A DNA stretch of 22,957 nucleotides, taken from contig CAZPUN010000038.1 of NCBI GenBank assembly GCA_964589775.1, forward strand, positions 1 to 22,957, written 5' to 3'. A program made the position numbers and the translations under genes. Positions within the stretch are counted from its first letter, which is position 1, and every line of letters starts with the position of its first letter. A model generated the notes under the pieces. The model saw only the letters and a list, made by a program, of their open reading frames with translations, did no database searches and had not been told where the DNA came from. Below are positions 17,268 to 22,957 of the stretch, one piece after another. This stretch comes from an uncultured archaeon. Lineage in GTDB: Archaea > Asgardarchaeota > Thorarchaeia > Thorarchaeales > CAZPUN01.

Positions 17268-19196
17268 ATGTATGAACAAATAATACTTGAAGAACTTTCG
17301 GGTATTCGCGCTAAAGACCATATCGCCAGATTAAGTCAATATCATAGAATTCAAGCTTCAGATGGTTTTGCGCAAGCAATAGACTATGTTTCAGACGTGT
17401 TGCGACAAAATGGATTGACACCCGAGATCCACCGATACAAAGCTGATGGGAAAACAACAATTGAGACTTGGACACTGCCATGGGGATGGGAAGCAGATTA
17501 TGCCACTTTGCATATTATCGAACCAGAAGACCACAAGAAAAAAATTGCAGATTACCAAGCGATTCCATTGTCATTAATTGTACATAGCAGAGATACCGAT
17601 ACAATTGCAGAAGTTGTATATGTCGGCGAAGGAATGACACCTGCAGATTATAAAGATAAAGATGTGGAAGGAAAAATTGTTCTTGCATATGGAGAAGCAA
17701 GATTCGTCATACAGATGGCACGAAAATTTGGAGCTCTTGGAATAATCAAGTTCCCATCCACGGATCGAACACAAGAACTTAAGGACCTAATACAATATCA
17801 AGCTTTCTGGCCAATTGGGGATAAGGGGAAAGAAGAAACTACATTTGGTTTTTCAATTTCGCAAAGCGATGCATATGAAATCATAAAAATGCTTGAACGC
17901 GGAAAAACTGTAAAAGTTCATGCAAAAGTAAAAGCTCGGTTGAAAGAGAAGAACCTAATTGTAGCGACAACGTTAATTGAAGGAACTGAAAAGGAACAAG
18001 AAATTCATATTATAGCCCATATTTGTCATCCCAAACCGGGTGCAAATGATAATGCAAGCGGCGCAGCACTAATACTTGAAATTGCAACAACATTGAACAG
18101 ATTAATTTCTACCGGAAAACTTGAACGTCCGAAGCGAAGTATTCGATTTATATGGGTACCGGAAATGTTTGGAACTGTTGCTTATATGAATGAGAATCCG
18201 GATATATTAGAAAAAACCATTTGCACAATTAATGCAGATATGGTTGGTCAAAATCAATACTTGTGTAGATCAAAATTAAATATTATAGAAACCCCATATT
18301 CACTTCCGAGCTTTATTAATTCATTAATTACAAAGTATGTTTCAAAGTATGCAAATAATGATGCGATTTTCGAAAAAGGCGGAACAGAGGGACCTCTGGT
18401 TTATAACGTATTAGGGTATTCAGGCGGCTCAGACCATTTTATATATGATGATTCATCAATCGGAATACCGGCGGTCATGTTATTACAGTGGCCAGACATT
18501 TTCTATCATTCAACATTAGATACAGTCGATAAATCAGATGCAACAGCACTAAAATGGATTGGTAGTGCAATTGCAGTCACGTCCTATGAAATTGCTATCG
18601 CAGACAGAAGCAAAGCATTAGAATTTGCAGATATTGATTTTGCGCGTAACATAAGTAAATTGTCTCATGCGTACGTGAAATCTTCAAATGCAATTAAAAA
18701 GGGCAAAATCACACTAGAGAAGGCAATTAAAAACATCAATTTTGTTCTAAGTAATGCATGTGATTCATTGAAATCACTAAGAACAATCGCACAAGATATC
18801 GACGATGAAATTAACAATTTGATTGATATTTTGAATATGAATGCCGAAAAGATTCGAGTGACACTAAAAGCTAAATTCTCAGACGAAAAGACAGATATGT
18901 CAGACGTTGAAAAAGAGGCAAATGAAATTAAGCCAAAAAGATTATTCAAGTATCCACTGAATTTCACAGACATAATACGTAAACTCTCATTCGATGAACT
19001 AGCGAAATGGATGAAAATCAATAATCAAGACAAACAATTCCACAACAAAATTTATGAGCTGTGTAATTTCATGGATGGCAATAGAACACTCTATGAAATA
19101 GTAGATCTCGTATCATTTGAGTTTGGAGAGTTAAAAGTCGATATAGCTCTTGATTTCGTAAAAACACTAAAACAATTAGGACTTGTAGATTATTAA
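17268..19196 (+). CDS. M28-family zinc peptidase-like protein (DUF4910 type) with a PA domain and a C-terminal helical/HTH region
   Basis: Motifs AHICHPKPGANDNASG, FIWVPE, NADMVG, GGSDH and WPDIFYHSTLD; PA insert VYVGEG..DY..KDVEGKIVL. SD AGGTGA. Confidence 0.85.
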   Translation: MYEQIILEELSGIRAKDHIARLSQYHRIQASDGFAQAIDYVSDVLRQNGLTPEIHRYKADGKTTIETWTLPWGWEADYATLHIIEPEDHKKKIADYQAIPLSLIVHSRDTDTIAEVVYVGEGMTPADYKDKDVEGKIVLAYGEARFVIQMARKFGALGIIKFPSTDRTQELKDLIQYQAFWPIGDKGKEETTFGFSISQSDAYEIIKMLERGKTVKVHAKVKARLKEKNLIVATTLIEGTEKEQEIHIIAHICHPKPGANDNASGAALILEIATTLNRLISTGKLERPKRSIRFIWVPEMFGTVAYMNENPDILEKTICTINADMVGQNQYLCRSKLNIIETPYSLPSFINSLITKYVSKYANNDAIFEKGGTEGPLVYNVLGYSGGSDHFIYDDSSIGIPAVMLLQWPDIFYHSTLDTVDKSDATALKWIGSAIAVTSYEIAIADRSKALEFADIDFARNISKLSHAYVKSSNAIKKGKITLEKAIKNINFVLSNACDSLKSLRTIAQDIDDEINNLIDILNMNAEKIRVTLKAKFSDEKTDMSDVEKEANEIKPKRLFKYPLNFTDIIRKLSFDELAKWMKINNQDKQFHNKIYELCNFMDGNRTLYEIVDLVSFEFGELKVDIALDFVKTLKQLGLVDY

Positions 19197-19219
19197 TTAT
19201 GCAATAGGTGAAGAATAAC

Positions 19220-19705
19220 TTGAACAAACATCCATATAAACACGTCGTACTTGGCGGAAGCTTTGATCATTTACACCAGGGCCATAAGAAACTCCTCCAT
19301 ACTGCCTTTTTTTATGGCGAGAAAGTGCATATAGGGATTACAGCTCAAGAGGTATTGCTTAAGAAGAAATATACGCGGGATGCACAACCTCTTGAAACCA
19401 GAATTAATCAATTAAAGAACTTTCTACAAAAGCATAACTATTTGGATAGAGCTGAGATATTTGTGATAAATACAGTAGAAGGTGGCGCAGACATAAGACC
19501 AGAACTAGAAGCCATAATTGTTTCAGATGATGACCATGTAATTGCAAATGCAAAATATATCAATGAGAAGCGTCTAGAAAATGGCCTAAAAAGGCTAATT
19601 ATTATTGTGGTGCCACGGGTATTAACAAAAGATGGAAAACCAATATCATCTACGAGAATTAGAAGAGGAGAGCACTTTAAAGACTCAGACCTTATTTTCG
19701 ATTGA
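19220..19705 (+). CDS. coaD: Phosphopantetheine adenylyltransferase, archaeal/eukaryotic type
   Basis: Motifs GGSFDHLHQGH (HxGH), EAIIVS, INEKRLENGLKRL and GKPISSTRIRRGE. GTG19208 lies within the SD AGGTGA, so the in-frame TTG19220 is preferred. Confidence 0.85.
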   Translation: MNKHPYKHVVLGGSFDHLHQGHKKLLHTAFFYGEKVHIGITAQEVLLKKKYTRDAQPLETRINQLKNFLQKHNYLDRAEIFVINTVEGGADIRPELEAIIVSDDDHVIANAKYINEKRLENGLKRLIIIVVPRVLTKDGKPISSTRIRRGEHFKDSDLIFD

Positions 19706-19712
19706 GCTCTCC

Positions 19713-20153
19713 TCAATCTCTTTGTTTCACTAGCAGCACAGGGCAATCCAAATGTTGCACTACTTTATCACTGACAGAACCAAGTAATAATCTTTTTATA
19801 CCACCAATTCCGCGACGCCCCATGACTACAAGATCAACATTACTTTCAATTGCAGTATTTATAATTTGTTCTGCAGGGTCACCACGGGCGATTAATATTT
19901 CTACATCGCACCCAAGATCTTTCGCAAATTTCTTACAATCTTGAAGAATTTTCTCACCTGCTTCCTCTAATGCTAAATATGGTTGGTCCGCAGCAACATC
20001 ACCATATGGTGTCGGACTTGATATCATTGGAACTACATGCAATACGTAAATTTGCCCTTCGAATTTTTCAGATATACTACATGCAATCTCAAGAGCACGC
20101 CTTGAGTGTGGCGACCCATCAACAGGAACCAATATTTTCTCCAGATTAATCAT
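19713..20153 (-). CDS. Universal stress protein (UspA family, ATP-binding type)
   Basis: Motifs KILVPVDGS, GDPAEQII and GRRG-x9-GS. ATG20153 is preceded by the SD GGAGGT and is preferred over TTG20180. Confidence 0.95.
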   Translation of the reverse strand: MINLEKILVPVDGSPHSRRALEIACSISEKFEGQIYVLHVVPMISSPTPYGDVAADQPYLALEEAGEKILQDCKKFAKDLGCDVEILIARGDPAEQIINTAIESNVDLVVMGRRGIGGIKRLLLGSVSDKVVQHLDCPVLLVKQRD

Positions 20154-20198
20154 TAGAGACCTCCAAACATTTTTCTCCAAAAAAGAATTACTACAAAT

Positions 20199-20216
20199 CT
20201 AATTATAAAGTTTTAT
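20199..20216 (-). promoter_or_regulatory. Putative BRE/TATA promoter of the usp gene
   Basis: The - strand reads ATAAAACTTTATAATTAG, about 50 nt upstream of ATG20153. Confidence 0.55.
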
Positions 20217-20265
20217 ACAAAAAAAGCGAAAGATTGAACTTTTTTTAAATAAAAAATATGAAAGA

Positions 20266-21111
20266 TCATTCGGTGATAAAACTCTGCTCGATTAAACGCA
20301 ATATGGAATACATGATACCCATTATACCAATGATTATTATTACGAATGCTGCGAGAAATGCAGATGCCGAATAGATCGTAAATGCGCCGAAGATTCTACT
20401 GGGATCATGCGAATATGAAGGCCATAATAAGGGAACAACAATTTGAATTGCTATGGGAATGGCAAAAAGAAATGTTACAGCCATTACACTATATTTCGTT
20501 ATTGCCCATTTATTGACCTTTGTTTTGAAGATTTCTTTTGATGATACCACTTCAGGCGTTTTGGACTTTTTAGAGATTTTTCTTGTCAATAACCAAAAAT
20601 TGAATCGCTCATAGTGGTAATCCAACCAAGATTTGAAATTCGCAATACTCAATGAATCTCCGCTTTTTAAAGTATAATAGACTACTATAGACGACAACAT
20701 AAAAGCCCATAGCATAAACCAACGATAGTAATCTGGTGCGTATAATAGACCATAATAATATAGAACAAACGCAGTCCGAACTGCAAATAATCCACTGAAC
20801 AAAAGATTTGCACGATAGCGAAAACCAATCGTGATACGAAATCCGGTAATAAACATTGCAAAAATAGCCATAGATACGATATTAATAATAACCCAAAAGA
20901 TTTGTAGATTGTATCCATAGAATAATTTTACAAGAGGATTAATTTCATGTTCAATTCCCATTTTCATAATTAATAGATTCGTAAAATAAGAATCAAGAAT
21001 ACCCAAGATTACAGCACAATCTACAAAAAGCACAGCCCAATGATGCTTCATCCAACTTGTCATAATTTTGTGGATCGAATGCATATCATATGTCAATTTT
21101 AACACTCTCAT
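20266..21111 (-). CDS. Membrane protein with an N-terminal DUF5658-like domain
   Basis: LDSYFT...G.EHEINPLV matches the lD..T....G..E.NP pattern. About 4 TM helices, a basic loop, then 2 more TM helices. Start codon uncertain. Confidence 0.65.
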   Translation of the reverse strand: MRVLKLTYDMHSIHKIMTSWMKHHWAVLFVDCAVILGILDSYFTNLLIMKMGIEHEINPLVKLFYGYNLQIFWVIINIVSMAIFAMFITGFRITIGFRYRANLLFSGLFAVRTAFVLYYYGLLYAPDYYRWFMLWAFMLSSIVVYYTLKSGDSLSIANFKSWLDYHYERFNFWLLTRKISKKSKTPEVVSSKEIFKTKVNKWAITKYSVMAVTFLFAIPIAIQIVVPLLWPSYSHDPSRIFGAFTIYSASAFLAAFVIIIIGIMGIMYSILRLIEQSFITE

Positions 21112-21183
21112 GTAATCAACGGATTATACACCAAATAAATCTTTTTTATGAAGCAAAAAACATTCACAAAACAAGTTGAGTGC

Positions 21184-21219
21184 AAAAAGAAAAAATTTAG
21201 GGACCGAAAGGTCCTTTTT
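21184..21219 (-). terminator. GC hairpin plus U-tract downstream of the SBP gene
   Basis: GGACC-GAAA-GGTCC at 21201-21214. On - it is followed by CTAAATTTTTTCTTTTT. Confidence 0.7.
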
Positions 21220-21228
21220 ATCTACTCT

Positions 21229-22956
21229 TTAGATAAACGAGCTGGTTGTGTTGGTTGTCTTGCTTGACCAGATAAGTCCATAGTATGGACCGTGCATTGG
21301 GTTGAACCACCAGCCGTGAATCCAAGTACGCTCAACGTGGAAGCTTGTGGCTTGATATACCCAAATGAATGGGACATCTTCAATTGCCATTACTTGGATT
21401 CTGTAGTAGAGCTTCTCACGGACGTGTGGATCAGTTGCACGGGCTGCCTGGTCAATCAAGCTATCGATTGTGGTGTTCTTGTAACCAGTGTAGTATGGGA
21501 AGAGACCCTTACTGTACAAGAATGGCTGTACGTAGTTATGAGGATCTGCATAGTCGGGTGCCCAACCAAGGAAGTAGATTGGGAGCTTGTGACCTCTTAG
21601 AGCACCAAGGTAGGTTGGCCAGTCTAATGCCTGTACAGAGGCAGTGACCATACCGGTTTCCTCTAATGAGGACTTAAGCATAAGACATGCAGTCTCACGT
21701 ACAGTGTTACCAGAGTTGTAGTAGATAGTAATATCTAATTTATTGGTTGTGCTATAACCTGCAGCCTGCAAGTATTGCTTGGCTTTGTTGAGGTCATAGC
21801 TGAATAAGGTCAAGTTGTCAGCATGTGCAAACATTCCCTTCGGAATTGGACCTTCTAATTGAATACCAAATCCGTTGGTTACGTTTTCAATGAATTGCTG
21901 ATAGTTGAATGCATATGAGAATGCAATTCTAACATTCTTATCAACAAATGGATTGTTCTTAGTTGCGTTTGTCAATACATCAGTGTATGTTGGGAACATG
22001 TTGAAACCAAGGAACATAACAGTGAAGGTTGGTTTCTTAGCTACAACACGGATGTTTGGATCCTTGGATTGACCAGTTGTAGGATCATAAATTTCGAATG
22101 CGTGTGTGGTTGGCCAGTATACAAAGTCGGCTTCACCAGTCTTAAGAGCAAGCATTCTTGAGGTAACATCTTCTACTTTCTGGTAGATGACTAATTTAAC
22201 GTTACCTGCATTTGGATCATATTGACGAAGCTGGCTCCAGCCCCAATAGTTATCGTTACGTTCAAGGACGATGGCTTCACCCTTGGACCAGTACTTGAGT
22301 GTGTAAGGACCAGTACCACAGGTGTGCTCATCCATCCATGTATTGTGTGTATTGAACTGTACACCACCATGTCTTTCGACATAGGTTGGACTTACTTGGG
22401 CTCCAACTTCATAGGTCATTGCAGCTAAGAATGGAGCGAATGGATATGCTAAGTGAAATGCAACAGTGTAAGTGTCAATAACTTCAACTGGGTGATAGGT
22501 GTTAACCCAATAGTTGAAGGATGTTTCGTTCCACCATTCGGGATGACCACTATAGACTAAGCTTTCTACGTAGTCACCACCATTGATAGGCTCAACGATC
22601 ATCCAAACTGGACCTGATGGATCAAACATCTTAACGGCACGATAGAAGTTGTATTGGACACAGCTTGCATTGAATGGCGTGCCATCATGGAACTTGACAC
22701 CTTGTCTTAGGTGGAAGGTCCAAGTCTTACCATCATCACTTATTTCGTATGATGTAGCAAGTAAGGGTTCAGTAGGATTGCTTTTCTCACGATCAACACT
22801 TGGGTCACGTGGATACGTGTAAAGCGTCTCGTAAATATTGTAGTGTAACTCGCTGCCGTAACTTTCATAGTTTACATGGGGGTCCATGTAATCTGGGTCA
22901 CCAATTGTCTGAATTGTGACAATTTGGTTCTGGAAATTAAATCCAGTTGGTGCTTG
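21229..22956 (-). CDS. ABC transporter substrate-binding protein, family 5 (oligopeptide/dipeptide/nickel), 5'-truncated
   Basis: The frame stays open to the window edge (QAPTG...TIGDPDYMDP). Motifs IYETL, SDDGKTWTFHLRQGVKFHDGTPFNA, GTGPYTL, LERNDNYWG, VRIAFSYAFN, GWAPDYADP and EDVPFIWVY. Confidence 0.95.
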   Translation of the reverse strand, partial: QAPTGFNFQNQIVTIQTIGDPDYMDPHVNYESYGSELHYNIYETLYTYPRDPSVDREKSNPTEPLLATSYEISDDGKTWTFHLRQGVKFHDGTPFNASCVQYNFYRAVKMFDPSGPVWMIVEPINGGDYVESLVYSGHPEWWNETSFNYWVNTYHPVEVIDTYTVAFHLAYPFAPFLAAMTYEVGAQVSPTYVERHGGVQFNTHNTWMDEHTCGTGPYTLKYWSKGEAIVLERNDNYWGWSQLRQYDPNAGNVKLVIYQKVEDVTSRMLALKTGEADFVYWPTTHAFEIYDPTTGQSKDPNIRVVAKKPTFTVMFLGFNMFPTYTDVLTNATKNNPFVDKNVRIAFSYAFNYQQFIENVTNGFGIQLEGPIPKGMFAHADNLTLFSYDLNKAKQYLQAAGYSTTNKLDITIYYNSGNTVRETACLMLKSSLEETGMVTASVQALDWPTYLGALRGHKLPIYFLGWAPDYADPHNYVQPFLYSKGLFPYYTGYKNTTIDSLIDQAARATDPHVREKLYYRIQVMAIEDVPFIWVYQATSFHVERTWIHGWWFNPMHGPYYGLIWSSKTTNTTSSFI

Positions 22957-22957
22957 G

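Noticed and set aside
19700-19716. coaD and usp converge with only a 7-bp gap
   Set aside because: This is ordinary compact archaeal gene packing, with no evidence of antisense regulation from sequence alone.
496-22428. Many 60-140 aa antisense or alternate-frame ORFs in the track
   Set aside because: They lie inside well-supported genes, lack motifs and RBSs, and are typical shadow ORFs.

Overview
AT-rich archaeal chromosomal segment. GAGGTG/AGGTGA ribosome-binding sites, BRE/TATA-like promoters, U-tract terminators and an archaeal-type CoaD indicate Archaea; the gene content suggests Asgard, but that is inference. Left arm (+): 5'-truncated mutS, two different metal-dependent amidohydrolases, mutL with an intact endonuclease motif, and a YbjN/chaperone-fold small protein. 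Centre (-): an ~816-aa polytopic membrane protein ending in a SpoIIM/DUF95-like domain, a 496-bp intergenic region, and a 1995-aa secreted, C-terminally anchored, sequon-rich surface protein. Right arm: nadE, an M28/DUF4910 peptidase, coaD (+), then a universal stress protein, a DUF5658-like membrane protein and a 5'-truncated family-5 ABC substrate-binding protein (-). No tRNA, rRNA, CRISPR array or mobile element was found. The most interesting signal is a ~170-nt GC-enriched, densely base-paired non-coding element (13459-13632) upstream of the giant gene. Its G-U wobbles work only on the transcribed (-) strand and it contains two mutually exclusive pairings, making it a candidate new cis-regulatory RNA for a possibly undescribed cell-surface module.
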